64,000 nucleotides of DNA from Squalus acanthias. Its lineage: Eukaryota. Location of the stretch: assembly GCA_030390025.1 (NCBI GenBank), contig CM059432.1, forward strand, positions 88,848,001-88,912,000, in the 5' to 3' direction. The position numbers were made by a program, and so were the translations under genes. Under the pieces are notes generated by a model. The model saw only the letters and a list, made by a program, of their open reading frames with translations, was not told the origin of the DNA and searched no databases. Below are positions 10,851 through 24,634 of this stretch, in pieces (positions within the stretch are counted from its first letter, which is position 1; each line of letters begins with the position of its first letter).

Positions 10851-12518
10851 TAAGAACATAAGAAATAATAGCAGGTGTAGACCATTCGGCCTCTTGAGCC
10901 TGCTTCGCCATTCAATAAGGTCATGGTTGATCTTCCTCAACTCCACTTTCCTGCACTATCCACATATCCCTTGATTCCCTTAATATCCAGAATTCTATCG
11001 ATCTCTGTCTTGAATATACTCAACGACTGACCATCCACAGCTGAGTGAAGAAATTCCTCCTCAGCTCAGTCATAAATGGCCGACCCCTTACTTTGTGACT
11101 ATGACCCCTAGTTCTAGACTCCCCAGCCAGGGGAAACATCCTCCCTGCATCTACCCTGTCAAGCCCTGTAAGAATTTTATGTTTCAGTGAGATCACCTCT
11201 CATTCTTCTAAACTCTAGGGAATATAGGCCTAGTCTCCTCAACCTCTCCTCATAGGACAATCCCACCATCCCAGAAATCAGTCTAGTGCACCTTCATTGC
11301 ACTCCTCTAAGGTAAGTATATCCTTCCTCAGGTAAGGAGACAAAAACTGTACACAGTACTCCAGGTGTGGTCTCACCAAAGCCCTATATAACTGCAGTAA
11401 GACGTCTTTACTCTTTTACTCCAAACCTTTTGTAATAAAGGGCAACATACCATTTGCTTTCCTAATTGTTTGCTGTACCTGCATGTTAACTTTCAATGAT
11501 TCGTGTACAAGGACACCCAGGTCCCTCTGAACACCAACATTTCCCAATCTCTCTCAATTTAAAAAATATTCTGCTTTTCTATATTTGTTACCAAAGTGGA
11601 TAACTTCACATTTCTCCACATTTTATTCCAGCTGCCTTGTTCTTGCCCACTCACTCAACCTGTCTATATCCCCTTGAAGCCTCTTTGTGTCCTCCTCACA
11701 ACTTACTTTCCCATCTAGCTTTGTATCGTGGTGTTTGTATTTAGATACATTACACTCAGTCCCCTCATCTAATTCATTGATATAGATTGTAAATAGCTGA
11801 GGCCCAAGCACTGATCCTTGCGGTACTTCACTAGTTACAGCCTGCCAACTCGAAACTGACCTGTTTATTCCCACTCTCTGTTTTCTGTTCTTTCACCAGT
11901 CCTCAGTCCATGCTAATATATCACTCCCATCCCATGAGCCCTAATTTTATGTAATAACCTGTTGTGTGTCACCTTATCAAATGCTTTTTGAAATTCCAAA
12001 TACACTACATTCACTGGTTCCCCCTTATCTACCCTGTTACTTACAACCTCAAAAAACACTAACAAGTTTGTCAAATAAGATTTCTCTTTCATAAATCTGT
12101 GTTGACTCTGCTCAATCATATTATAATTTTCTAAGTGCTCTGTTGCCACATCCCTAATAATAGATTCTAGCATTTTCCTTACTACTGATGTCAGGCTAAC
12201 TGGTCTATAGTTCCCTGTTTTCTCTCTCCCTCCTTTCCTAAATAGCAGGTATACATTTGCTACCTTCAAATCTGCTGGGACCGTTCTAGAAGCTAGGGAA
12301 TTCCGGAAGATCAAAACCAATGTATCCATTATCTCTGTAGCCACATCTTTTAGAACCTAGGATGTAGACCATCAGGTCATGGGGATTTGTTGGCTTTTAG
12401 TCCCATTAATTTTGCCAATACTATTTCTTTACTAATACTAATTTCTTTAAGTTCCTCATTGTCACTAGACTCTTGGTTCCCCATTATTTTCAGAATGTTT
12501 TCTGTGTCTTTTTCCGTT
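10851..12518 (-). mobile_element. 5'-truncated CR1 LINE
   Basis: RT ORFs 11913 and 11623; AAGAACATAAGAA tail; the Harbinger leader rejoins across it with TTCTA at both junctions. Confidence 0.92.
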
Positions 12519-12620
12519 CTACAGTTATTTCAAGTTGCAAAATTCTAAAGGGAGAGGTGTGGCATGTTCTAGGGACTTTTGTGACTTCAAGGCTTCTGCA
12601 CAAACCACTTGCTGCCAGAC

Positions 12621-13749
12621 ATGGATGCACTAGTAGGCATTGCCCTTGGAAAACAGCGTGACTTGGAGTATGAACAGCGGTTACACAGAGCAGGACAAGC
12701 TGCTGGAAGAGTGAGGAGGAGGAAGGGGTGAAGGGCTTTCAGCAGGAGGTCATATCCACCCCACATATTCAGCGAGCAATTCTCTTACCTGATCCTCAGC
12801 GAGGAACTAGTGTGTGACGTCTGTGCTTCAATAAGGGCATCCTCACTGAATTCTTCCATCTGCTGCTGCCACAACAGCAACCTCAGAGCAGGGCAAGGAC
12901 CGCATTGCCAGTGGCTGTGAAGTTGACCTTGGCAATGAACTTTTTGCGTCTGGCTCTTTCCAAGTTGGAGCTGGAGATATTTGCAACATCTCACAGTTTA
13001 CCATGCACTGTGCGTGAAGGAAGTCACTAAGGCTCTCTCTTCAAAGAGAGGTGACTACATTTCATTTTCTCTTGTCAGAAACAAGCAGGTGGAGCAAGCA
13101 CACGGCTTCGCTAGGATTGCAGGCTACCCCATGGTGCAGAGTTCCATTGACTGCACGCACATCACTTTGCAGGCACCGCATGTCAACTCTGCCATATACC
13201 TGAACCGAAAGGGATTCCACTCCCTCAACAACCAGCAGCTGATGTGCGACCAGAGCCAGTGAATCATGCAGGTCAATGCCCAATATTCTGGCAGCAGTCA
13301 TGATGCCTTCATTCTGCCGCAGTCCACTGTGCCAGCTGCATTTGAGCCATCACGGCAAACCGAAGAGTGGCTATTGGGTGACCAGGGCTATCCGCTGATG
13401 ACATGACTCCGATGCGCAACCCATGCGCAGAATGCGTACAGTGAAAGCCACGGTTCCACAGGAAATGTGATAGAGCAGATCATTGGCATGCTGAAACAAC
13501 ATTTCCACTGCCTGGACCACCCTGCAGTACTTGGCAGAGTGGATGCCAAGACATGTGGTGGTCCGCTGCATGTAGCACAACCTCGCCATCATGAGGGCAC
13601 AGCTCTTGCCACCAGCTATACAGCGAGCAGCTGAGGAGCAGGAGCATGAGGAGTAGGAAGAGGAGGAATAGGAATGGAGGAGGCAACCTAGACAGCTTCT
13701 TTCTGCCCGGGCTGTGCGCAAAGATCTCATCCAAGTGAGATACCAGTAA
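12621..13749 (+). pseudogene. HARBI1-like transposase pseudogene (copy 2)
   Basis: ORF 12981 ([29 protein letters not shown]), WLLGDQGYPL, acidic tail; multiple stops and frameshifts. Confidence 0.9.
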
Positions 13750-13921
13750 CCACAACCCCAATCTCCATTCATCAGCAGTCACACACCTTACATTCCCTGT
13801 GTTACTGACCATCACAGCATCTGCTTGGCCACAATGCAAAAATAAAAGCATTCCAAACCAAATTTATAAATGAAATCATGCTATAATGCATTTAAAAGTC
13901 AACTAGTCACCCTTGTGTCTT

Positions 13922-14535
13922 TCATTTGCCTTTGCCTGTTCTAGTGCCCCTATGCATTGCTACCACAGTGGCTGCAGCATAGCTGGTGGAAGGCTGCTGA
14001 CTTTCAGTGAGGGAGACTGCAGATGGCCTTGGAGGATGATCTCGAGCGGCTCTGGGCCTAGAAGGCCCGACTGTAGACTGCACCATCTCGGCATGGGCGG
14101 CAGTAGTCTGGACTGGCTGGCTGACAGGCAGCAGCAAGGGCACTGGCGGAATGGCTTTGGTGGGAGGATGAATGCTGTCATCCTGAGAGAGGACAGCAGG
14201 TTCGTGCTCCATAGAGACACTGACACTCCCCTGGGGTGGCGCCTCAGCAATCCTACTGATCTGTTGGACAGATTGATGGACTGCTGTGACACCCTGCAAG
14301 CCCGTTTGCACACTGTAATCCATAGCCATGATGGCAACAGCCTGAGCTTGCATGGCAGCCCTCAGACGTTGGGTGGCTGCTGCTTGTGCTGCAATGGAAG
14401 CTGTGACATTGGCAATCAGAGGCTGCATCATGGTTGCGTTCACAAGTGTGCGAATGGAGTTGGCCACCACTTCCATGCTGGAAAGGATGGACTCCAAGCT
14501 CTGTGAAAAGCTCTGTGCCAAGTTGGTGCTGGACT
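13922..14535 (-). pseudogene. 3' exon of the Harbinger Myb/SANT accessory gene (coiled-coil / low-complexity part)
   Basis: The 199-aa ORF is homologous to ORFs 52609, 54580 and 16488, which lie downstream of Myb exons in sister copies; convergent with the transposase. Confidence 0.75.
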
Positions 14536-14577
14536 TATATCGATATATTTATAGATATTGGGGCAGCTATTGCGGTG

Positions 14578-14612
14578 GGTATGATGGCATACTCTGAGTA
14601 TGCCATCATACC
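14578..14612. repeat. Perfect 35-nt palindrome (17-bp arms, 1-nt centre)
   Basis: GGTATGATGGCATACTC-T-GAGTATGCCATCATACC. Confidence 0.95.
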
Positions 14613-15033
14613 ACCTTTGAAATTGACTGCAAGTTCATCCTGAACTTGCGCCTTGATAGATGATCTGCACTGCCTTGGAAATCCTAATTGCTGGCGCAGA
14701 GTTGGGCTAATTGCCCACCAACTGCGCAGCAATTACATCCGAAAATTTAATGGTTGATGCAAACAGGTACAGATCCTGTTTGCATCAGTGTAAGGAGATC
14801 AGATAGAGACAGTTATTCATTTTATTAGCTCCGAAATGTGATGTAATGAATTGTAAAACTGTCCAAAACACCTCCAATGATTAATGTACAGATTTTCAGA
14901 TCTTTGTTTGGGCTCTGTTGTATTTATATCACCTGTCCATGTTATGTTATATGAAATTTCACAGAGCTTCAACGATTTATCTGAACTCTAATTCTTAAAT
15001 TAGATTTAAGAATTAATTTCCAAATATTTTTTT

Positions 15034-15037
<4 letters not shown>

Positions 15038-15064
<27 letters not shown>
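15038..15064. repeat. (GA)n microsatellite
   Basis: Read directly from the sequence. Confidence 0.95.
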
Positions 15065-15385
15065 TCATTTTGGAACTATTTATTCTCCTAGTCCTTATAA
15101 TTATTCTGAAAATACATTGGGTGAAATGCAATATACCAGTATTGGAGGTAGACACTTTCCCTTCAGTGTACTGATTGGAGCACCAGGCCCAAGTGTCCCA
15201 GGTACACTTCCGTACACGCTGCGCCCCTGGAATCCGTGGGCCATTACACTGCCCTCCAGTACGCAGTGTCAGAGAGCAAGTTCACAAAGGAGGGCCCCAT
15301 CAGATAAGTTCGTATTCTTTTTGCAGGTTGGCGGCGTACTCCATAGCTACGCCACCGACTGCAATTTCTGGGCCATTATATATTA

Positions 15386-15769
15386 CAGAACATAGGAACA
15401 GGGGTAAGCCATTCAGCCCCTTGTGCCTATTCCACCATTCATTTATATCAGGGCAGATCTGTACCTCAATTCCATTTACCGCTTTTGTTCCATATCCCTA
15501 CCCTTACCTAACAAATCTATCAATTTCAGTCTTGAATATTTCAATTGTCCCAGCACCTACAGCCTTTTGAGGGAGCAAGTTCCAGATTTTCACTACCCTT
15601 TGTATGAAAAAGTGCTTCCTGATTTCACTTCTAAATAACCTAGCTCTAATTTTAAAATTATGCCCTCTTGTTCTGGACTCCCCCACCAGAGGAAATAGTT
15701 TCTCTGTATAAACCTATCAAACCCTTTTTCCATTTTAAATACTTCAATTAGATCAACCCTCAACCTTCT
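15386..15769 (-). mobile_element. CR1 LINE 3' fragment
   Basis: ORF 15504 (GESRTRGHNFKI...FFIQRVVKIWNLLP) and AGAACATAGGAAC tail. Confidence 0.85.
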
Positions 15770-16250
15770 TGCCTGGATCGATACACCTTCAACAACACTA
15801 TCCAAGAGACAGCAGTCCGCTTGATTGGCACCCATCCACTGGCTTAAACATCCACTCCTTCCACCACTGGCACGCCATGGCTGCTGTGTGTATTTACAGG
15901 ATGCACTGCAGCAACTCGCCAAGTCTTCTTTGGCAGCACCTCCCAAACCTGCGCTCTCCACCACCTAGTTTCTGTCATGGAGCCACACTTATGGGAACAC
16001 CATCATCTTCAAGTTCCCCTCCAAGTCACACATCATCCTGACTTGGACATATATCGCCCTTCCTTTATTGTCACTGGTTTAAAATCATGGAACTCCCTCC
16101 CTATATAGCATTGTGGGGGCACTTTCACCACACAGACTGCAGTGGTTCAAGAAGAAAGCTCACCACCACCACCTTCTAAAGGGCCACTAAGGATGGGCAA
16201 TACATGCCAACCTTGCCAGCAATGCCAACGTACCAAAAATGAATTAAAAA
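15770..16250 (+). mobile_element. Diverged 3' fragment of the LINE family seen at 5593-9435
   Basis: LNIHSFHH...VCIYRMHCSNSP is homologous to ORF 5834; GGATGGGCAATACATGCC tail plus an A-run. Confidence 0.85.
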
Positions 16251-16254
16251 GTTA

Positions 16255-17850
16255 TAAATCAACCTTGTGTAACCCCTTAGAGCTGTCTTGTGTGCTGGTT
16301 TACCTATCCTAGTGCTCCTACAAAGTGTATCTCCTGTGACTACAGCTGCGGAGGGGTAGGCTGCTGAGATTCCATTGAGGACACTTCAGATGCTCATGGC
16401 GACCTTGAGCAACTGTGGGTCTTAAGGGCCCAGCTACAGACTGCAGCATCTCACGTGGGTCGGGGTAGTCTTGCCCAGCTGGCTGTGTCACTGGCAGAGA
16501 GGGTAATGGAGAAGCAGGCATGCTGTCATCCTGAAAGAGGACACTGGTGCTTCTGTCATGGAGCCACACTTCAGCGATTGTGCCTCAGCACTCCTTTGGT
16601 TATGCACAAGGACAGAGTGCAGGAGTGATGTGATGTTCTGGAAACCCCGGTTTACAGAAGTCAGAAAAGCCAAGATAGCAGCCATCTGAGCTTCCATAGC
16701 AACTGTGAGAACTGTCAGGAGAGACTCCATGACGGTGGGCACCACTGTCATACTGATGGAGCTGACCACTCGGTCTATGTTAGATAGAATGGTCTCCATG
16801 CTCTGCGCGAGGCCTTGACACAAGTTAGAGGGAGCCTCCTCCATGCTCTGCAACATTGTGCAGAAGCTCACAGGCAGGCTGCCCGGTGCATCTAGCATGT
16901 TCTGGTGTATGTTCATCATCCTTCTTCGGTAGTCTCTTCCCTCAAAGTCAGCATCTGAGTCCTTTGTAACAGAGTCAGCATCTGAGTCCTTTGTAACAGA
17001 GTTAGCATACGATCTCACCCTCCAGCAAGCTGGCACCTGTGGCATTCTATCCCCCTGCCATAGCTCCTGCAGACTTGTGCCCAGTGATTCACCACGTGAA
17101 GACCTGTCCTCTAGCCTAGCCTCTAAACTATGCGTGATGCCAGTCTCTGAACTGGTGCTTGTGAGGGAGAGATGGAATGGTGGTGCATCTTCAGGAAGGA
17201 AGCAGGGTGTATTGGTGCAGTGATTCAGGAGTGAAGGGAAGTGGGGAAAGAGGGGTATTATGAGTATTGTAAATAATGAAACTGGAGGTGGTGGAGGTGT
17301 GAGAGTAAGAGAGCAGTATTCTTACTTTGACAACTCTGGTGAGGTCATTAAACTTCTTTCGGCATTACAGCCATGTCCTGGAAGCTAAGCTCCTGGCATT
17401 GACCTCCTCTGCGATGTCTTCTCACTGGCGGTGCAGTTGTTGCCTGAAGGACTTTTTGCCCCTGGGGGAAAACAGGATTTCCCTCCTCCTGTCCACTGCC
17501 TGGATCAGGGCCTTCAAAGCAGCATTCAATAACCTAGGGGCACAATCTGCAGCGGTAGCAGCAATTTCTCTGTTGAGACATGGTTCTTTCCTCCTGCAGC
17601 CAGAGTGCACCTGCCCTTTAAGAGTTGCTGGCTGCCTTTAAGTGGCATCAGAGACGCTCGATTTCTGGCTCCCCTACACAGGTTTTGCAGCCAATGAATC
17701 ATGCGGATAGTGCTGGCTGCACATCTGACTCATTATAATGAGGTCCTAGCGTGAATTTAGCATGCTACCTGGGACCACATGAACAGGTATATGCAATGCA
17801 TGTCCTGCCTGCTGCACGCCCATTTCTAGGCACAAACGAATATCTAGGTC
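16255..17850 (-). mobile_element. Harbinger fragment carrying a degraded Myb/SANT gene
   Basis: 17327-17580 translates APRLLNAALKALIQAVDRRREILF...EEVNARSLASRTWL*CRKKFNDLTRVVK followed by donor GTAAGA; 3' exon in ORF 16488; TIR-like GAATATCTAGGTC at ~17850; 27-bp tandem duplication at ~16946-17005. Confidence 0.8.
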
Positions 17851-18094
17851 ATAGTTACTGAGGCAGCACAAAAGTGCTGAAAAGAAGAGCCAAGGATGGA
17901 GCCTAAGGGGATGCCTGAGGTGACTGCATGGATGTGGGAGGAGAAGCCATTGGAGGAGATGTACTGAGAGCATTTAGACAGAATGCTTTGTGAAAAGACA
18001 GATGGGACATTATTTGTACCTATGCACACTGCTAGTTGAGTATTAGGTTTCCATTACACAAACTATGAAGCACTTGTGCACGATCAGTACATTA

Positions 18095-18905
18095 TCCCGA
18101 TTTTAACCCAGAGCAGGAATCGGGCAGGCAGGCGGCAACGCAAGCGTCAATCTCTCCTGACCTCAACAGCATGAGGCACAGGCAATTTTAACTCCCAGGC
18201 CTCGTCTGCGTGCCGTAAGTCAGTTGCGCGCCCGAAAATGGGCAGAAGCAGCAGCTGTCCAGCGGCCTGGCGTGTAATTTTGGAAACCGAATGAACAGTC
18301 GGTGGCACTCAGGTAAATCATGGGTAGGGGATTTTGGGAGGATCTTGCGTTCTGGACTGGGGGGAGCCCGAGACAGGAGAAGACTGAATTTTCCTTGTGG
18401 GGCCCAGAAGAGTAATCCTGCAGCTCATGGTCCCACAAGGAAAGTTAAACAAACTTGCTTGTTTGGGCTTCTTCTATCCCTGCTCCTCTTCCCACTATTT
18501 TCACCTGGTCAGTTAGCCAGAACAGCTTCCTCGCTCAGGCTGCCAGTTAAATTTCAGTCAAGGCTCAACGGCATAACCGGTCCTCAATCTGCATATTTAA
18601 AGAAGGCCCCGGCTGGCTTTGGGTAGGTGTCCTTGCCACCTGCTCAGAAAAGCATGAGAAAATAGAAGGCAGTGGGAATAGAGCATAACATAAGAACATA
18701 AGAAATAGGAGCAGGAGTAGGCAATTCAGCCCTTCGAGCCTGCTCCACCATTCAATAAGATCATGGCTGATCTTCTACCTCAACTCCACATTCCCGCCCT
18801 ATTCCCATATCCCTTGATTCCCTTAGTGTCCTTTCGGCGGGTAAGTTTCCTGGCCAATTTTAACTGTCTGCCTCGTTTCTACGGGGCCAGTCAGGTTAAA
18901 ATCAG
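18095..18905. mobile_element. Probable MITE interrupted by a CR1 3' tail (~18686-18830, -)
   Basis: Inverted ends GATTTTAACCC / GGTTAAAATC; AACATAAGAACATAAG CR1 tail inside. Confidence 0.55.
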
Positions 18906-19087
18906 CAGTATTGATGTAACATATAGTCCAAATTATAAAATATATGATGACAATGTTACTTACTATGTGGTTCAAGTACCCTCCAAACTCCCAAGGACAA
19001 ACACTATCCAGTGTCTCGCTCTCTAAGCACTACTTTTGATTTAAACAACTCAGAATTAAATGCATTATCGATATATATTGTTGATAT

Positions 19088-19379
19088 CCATTGTAACTCA
19101 GTGTGATATTCTTGCCTTATCTTGATGCTCCTTTTAAAGTTGTGATACTTCTTTCTGATCTCCTCTCAGGTCTTTGAAGTGATCGACCTTGATTTCACCC
19201 AAACTGTGAGGTACTGCCCTACTCCTTGTGTCTGGTGCAAGTTTGGGGAGGCATCACCCTCCTCCCCAGACCAAAATGTCATCACATTTTTCAAATATGG
19301 CATCGATGATGATTTCCAAGTCGTGGTCATTGAGAGAATTTGGCTGAGTTTTCACTGCGTCCTTTTGGAAAGGTTTTGC
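19088..19379 (-). pseudogene. Ancient Myb/SANT-like (Harbinger ORF / MSANTD type) relic
   Basis: Manual translation gives PNSLNDHDLEIIIDAIFEKCDDILVWG, then after a frameshift VKSRSITSKT*EEIRKKYHNFKRSIK, which aligns with VNARSVVARTWVQCRKRFNDLRSGK (ORF 60666). Confidence 0.55.
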
Positions 19380-21409
19380 AGAGTGAAATGTTCATCATTT
19401 ATACCAGTTAAGTTACAATTTAGGTACTTCAAAAGTGCGAAAGTAGCTTTATTATAGGTATGTCATGATTGGTCTGTTTTCTTTTGTTGTCAGTAATGGA
19501 TTAGTATTCAATGTCATCAGCAGCAATATTGGCCATACCTGCTACTTTCATTTCTGTCTGTTTAAACCAATGAAAACAGGGAAATTAACGTTTTATTCAG
19601 GAAAGAGAAAAATATGCTCCTAACGTTTTAAAATGCTGTTTTTATGAATTATTTTATTATTCATTTGAGCAGGCTAGTGATACATGAGAAAACATTTGAA
19701 TATTTTTAATTCCTCAAGGTGTCTATTAGAATGCTGGAAGTGATTTAAAAAAATAATGAATCTTGTGTTTTATATTCAGAATGCCATAGTTGTGAGGTAT
19801 TGCATTCGATGTTAATACTTGCACAGCAGCTCACACTGAATAAAAGCATGCCAGTGGGATTCAGAATTTAGGATTTGGGTAGCATTAAAGGCAGCATCTA
19901 TCTGCTGCACTGCTGTGATGGCAAACACTGACATAAGTACAATATTTATGAGATGGTGACTACATGATGGAGTCAATGGGGAGATAAAATGTAATTTTTT
20001 TCTGAACAATGGAGTCCAGAACTATGCATGAATAATAACCTGTAAGATGTGGGTGGCCAGCAATTTAGGAAAACCTAGAATATTTGACACACAGGAATAC
20101 TTACACTTAGGTATCATTGTTCAAGGTATTTGGAGCCAATGCCATTCTGCTGGTGCAGTTAAGCTTCTAACTGTGATTTCATTATATTTGCAGTTAATGA
20201 GTTCATCATCCACGGTAGCTGAAGTACTTACCCTAACAATTCAATCTAGTCCACTCCTGTCACCACCTCCTATCAGCTTGTGCAGCCGATGTGAATCTCA
20301 AAATCTGCCAGTCAAACCACTCTGATGAGTACAATTTAAAGAAAAGGACTGTATTGGTTAAAAGTCGTCCATACAAATTAAATGCGTGATCACTCACTAA
20401 ACCATCTTTTCGTAGAAGAATATTCACAATGTGATCTGTGGTGTTTTTACATGAGGTAAACTTTAATTTCAGTTGAATTTTCTTCTTCATGATTAACATA
20501 GTTGTAAAAGGTGGCTAACAACAGCCCTATATTAACTTTTAGCAATTGCAATTTTGTTTAAATTTATTTCCACCCCTCCAATTCTTTTCATCTTCAAAAG
20601 GTGCAGACACACATTGGGCTCCAGTTCCATGAGTTCCCTCCAATTCATTATCCAAGTGACCGTCTTTTATATGTGAGCATTTCATCCAAAATTGATTCTC
20701 CTCTCTCTTTCCAGCAGTAGTCCCTCTGTAGCGGAGTCCATTGCAGCAACCCTATCCCTGCCCCAGTTGAGAACAGCATACACCAAGGATTTAGTTTTGT
20801 GGCTTGGTAACACTGGACACTGCACTTACTCACAAAGCCTCGCAGTCACATTTTTACTAACTCACACATATCACACCTATTCAGCTTTTCAAAAGAAAAC
20901 TTAATTTGTAAATAGGAATAATTTAGCAACAGAATTAGTTGAACAACTTTTTACTTAAATAATTGAGTTTTCAAATACATAGAGATGATTCAAAGTAAAT
21001 AAGATATCACATTTGGAAGAAGGTCTTATTATCCATGTACTTATGACTTCAAATAAATCAACTTTTTTAACAATCAAGTGGAAGTTATTTGACTGTTGAA
21101 TGATCAATGTTTACTTCTCATTTAGTGTATTTTTATATTGACCATTGTTCCTTGTGGGCATTTCGTAAATGAAACAACAATGTGAATACATTGGTAGAGT
21201 TAAACATTTAACTAACCTCCATCTGTAGCACTTAGATTATTTATGGAAAGGTTTTTAGTAATATTAATTTTCAGTATATCATCCTCTGATAATTTATGTA
21301 TTTGAAAACTGATATATAAGGAATTTCTTTCAGAAAATGATATTTTCCACATCTATTCAAATATTTTTAGTTAGTTAGTGATTGCTCTAGTAATAATCAC
21401 TGAGTGGAA

Positions 21410-21660
21410 AACAACAACATGTGTTTGTATAGCGCCTTTAATGTAGTAAAATGTCCAAGGCATTTCACAGGAGCATAATCAGACAAAAATTGACACTTGA
21501 AAGAAGGCGACATTAGGATAGGTAACCAAACGTTTGGTTAAAGTGGTAAGTTTTAAGCAGCATCTTAAAGGAGGAGAGAGGCAGAGAGGCCTGAGGGGGA
21601 ATTCCAGAGCTTAGGCGTAGACAGATGAAGCCACGGCCACCAATGGTGTGATGGAGGAAG
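21410..21660 (-). mobile_element. Old L2-type LINE 3' end
   Basis: ACAACAACATGTGTTTGTATAGCGCCTTTAATGTAG tail; similar to 43955-44175. Confidence 0.6.
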
Positions 21661-24634
21661 GACAATGAAATGATTTAGAATACCTAGTTAGCCTGGTTAG
21701 TTAGCATCCCACTTGTGATTAATACAATGTGGGAAGTTGAGAATTTAGAATTTTTAGGCTCTGGTTGTTGTGTGTAATTGATTAGTCCATAGCAGAGTGA
21801 TTAGGTACTAGAAAGTCTAACTTTTCCTGGTGAGTTCGATTCAGCCATTTAGTCCAAAGAATTCTCTGACGAATATGTTTCTGAAATTAAAAATGGCTTA
21901 AAAATAACTGAATTTATAGAAATGAAAGGGTAAATTATCTTATAATCTGCTTTCATTGTATATTTTACCAAAAAATAGTTGATATATTGTAATATATTGG
22001 AATATACTGATACCAGCATCCTTAGCCCAAGACTTTAAAAGCTTGGGACAATTCCAATTTTCAATTTAGAGGATTTTAATTTTTTTTAAATCCAAGACCT
22101 TTTTTTAATGAAATGACACAACACAATAATTGGATTTATGCAACACAGTTAAATAGTTTCTATATTGTAAATCTCCAAGAATTTTGGAATTTGAATTTTG
22201 TTTTATTTCACTGAAAGGAAGATTTTTCTCTATTTCAGAATTTTCTAAGAATGCAAATAAAAATTAAGCATTATCATGGTCATGCGTAAAATAATATAAT
22301 AGACATTCACGGTGAATTCAATATTAATTTCTGTTAATATATTCTAAATATGGGCAACCATTAAGAAACTGATGTTTCTCTGAGTTACTAACCAAAGTAG
22401 TCAGAACACTGATATTGAATGTTGTACTCCATAAAATGGATATAATGGATTTGGCAAGAATATTTTATTGGAGGAATGAAGTGGAGAAGCAAACTGTTTC
22501 CTAGTTTGTTGCATTAACAGAACTACTATGCCTCAGAACTATTATTCTAAAGGGTGACATTGGTAATGAAAAATGATGTGATTGCAGAAAACTTCGAAAT
22601 GCATCTTTGATTTAATAGTTTTTTTGCAGGAAAATAATCATCCACAGCAGAAAAAACTATTGTAAAGGGTTTTAGAATTAACAATATCACATCATGACTG
22701 ATGATTCATATACCATTTGCTGTTTATATTAGAAATTCCACTTTGAATGCCCCAGAACCAATATGATCAGTAAAATAAGCATGATGAGGACTAATGGCCT
22801 GGTAAGTTTGTTTCTCTGAGGGATATAGAATTTCCAGCATATGAAAGAACATTTACAGTGATATCTTTACAGCTTAATGACAGCTGCTTAGGTTCCATAT
22901 TCTAACCTTTCCACTTAAAATCATAATTTTGTCTCTTGCATTACTCCAGCAGTTTTATATGATACATTAAGATTAACAGCTCAATGTCAACAACCATAAA
23001 ATTATTCCAAGATCCCACTTAATTTGCTGCACTCAGTCCTACCAACAATTCAGTAGCATGCGGTCAGGAGATTATTACAGTAATTGACATGCTGAACTTC
23101 GTTTGCTTTTGTAGCATCTGCCAATAAACATTAATTCTACTGATTTAAGATTCTGATGTCAGAGCAGCAACTATGTAATTAGTTCTAATTTTAAGAAAGT
23201 AGATAACACTATAAATATGATTCTAAATTGTTTCTGCGAAATTAAAATTTGGTGTCACTGCCTTTGTTCTACAGCAGTACAATGTTGTATTTCCCAGGCT
23301 ACCTCTAAATGAATGTCAACTTCTTTTACCTCGGCCACAACCAATCGATACTTCATTAGGGTGAATTGTCTTGTGCCCATGCAACCTTGAAGCTGTGGCT
23401 TAATTACCACCCATATTATGCAGCGGCTGTGGGAGACATGCACAGCTGTGCCTGACTTTGACAATTGCTATGCTGTGGGCTCTAGTGTAAGGGAGACTAC
23501 CCACCTCTACCTCATGGCACTTTTAAGGGATTTAAGTACCGTACTCTTAAAAGTTGAATACAGAAGAGAGACACTAAATGATTGACTCATAAAGGTTAAA
23601 GATATTTCTTCTGATAATTTAGTTTAGAAATACATAAGGTATTTACATTTGATTAAAATATTCATTACAAAAATTGAGGAAATCAGCCTTTTTATAAAAA
23701 TAAAAAGCTAAAATGATAATGTTAGATTACAATTCACCAAGACAACATTCATCTTAAAAACAAAAACAAAATCTAAAAACCAGCAACCAAATGGCAATCG
23801 TGACAAATGACATCTCTTGTCTGGGAGTCACTTTTCCTCACTAGACTGATTTGTCATCCTCACTTTTGACATTTTTCATCCTACTACCAAATCAAATTGA
23901 CAGGATAAGATATTTCGTAAACCTCCAAAGTTGACAGTGGGGCCAAAATAATTTGCACTGTATCTATCTTTTTTCAGTTTTTGACTTTCCAACTATTCAA
24001 GGTAATATCTAGTAGGGTGTTAGGGTGGCTTTAGCTTAGGATATTTATAACTTAGTAACTTCATAAGTTTAATTAGAGCTAAAATGTAAGCTGAGTTATG
24101 TATTACGTTTCCAGCATCACTGTTATAGTTCTTAAATTAATTGAAAGATCATAATTAAGCAATTTTTAATTAGTCAATTATTTAGGGCATCTTTTATTTA
24201 GAAGGTAAGTTAGAACAATAACCATGCAGTAACGTCAGCACTGTGACCATGGAATAATTGGCAGATATGGTTTTTGATCTGAACAAATGAAGCTTGAGGC
24301 TTTTATTCTTCAATTTCAGTGACCTAAATGTCAGATTCAGAATTTAAATGATCAGGTGTTTTGTGTCTGCATTATGTCATTCTCTCATATCTTTCTGCCT
24401 CATGATAATGGACATTCAGCATTAAAACAGCGAGACTTTAGGTGAAAATACAGTGCCATGACAACAATCGCAACCAGCATTGAAATTTAGGAAATGCTAA
24501 CAGCTTAACCTATAATGAATATATATATGGAGAGAGAGAGAAAAAGAGACTAAAAGCAAAATATCATTAGCTTCTTGTTATCTCTTCATATTACCAGTTT
24601 CAAATTGTTTGCTTTTAATTTGATTATTGCTTAG

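Larger units (their letters stand above)
10490..14535 (+). mobile_element. PIF/Harbinger family A, copy 2 (both termini lost; nested hAT MITE and CR1)
   Basis: 10490-10850 and 12519-12620 align with the copy 1 leader (4495-4785); followed by the transposase and the convergent Myb 3' exon. Confidence 0.85.

Noticed and set aside
4786..13749. Domesticated host HARBI1 gene
   Set aside because: Multiple degraded copies with TIRs, stops and nested insertions indicate transposons, so no gene symbol was assigned.
14434..14732. Same peptide MMAYSEYAII on both strands (similar mirroring in ORFs 1036 and 48418/48439)
   Set aside because: This is a direct consequence of DNA palindromes, not coding.
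19501..19557. Terminal exon TEMKVAGMANIAADDIEY* on - after a good acceptor
   Set aside because: Too short to support and no recognisable homology; it would need RNA evidence.
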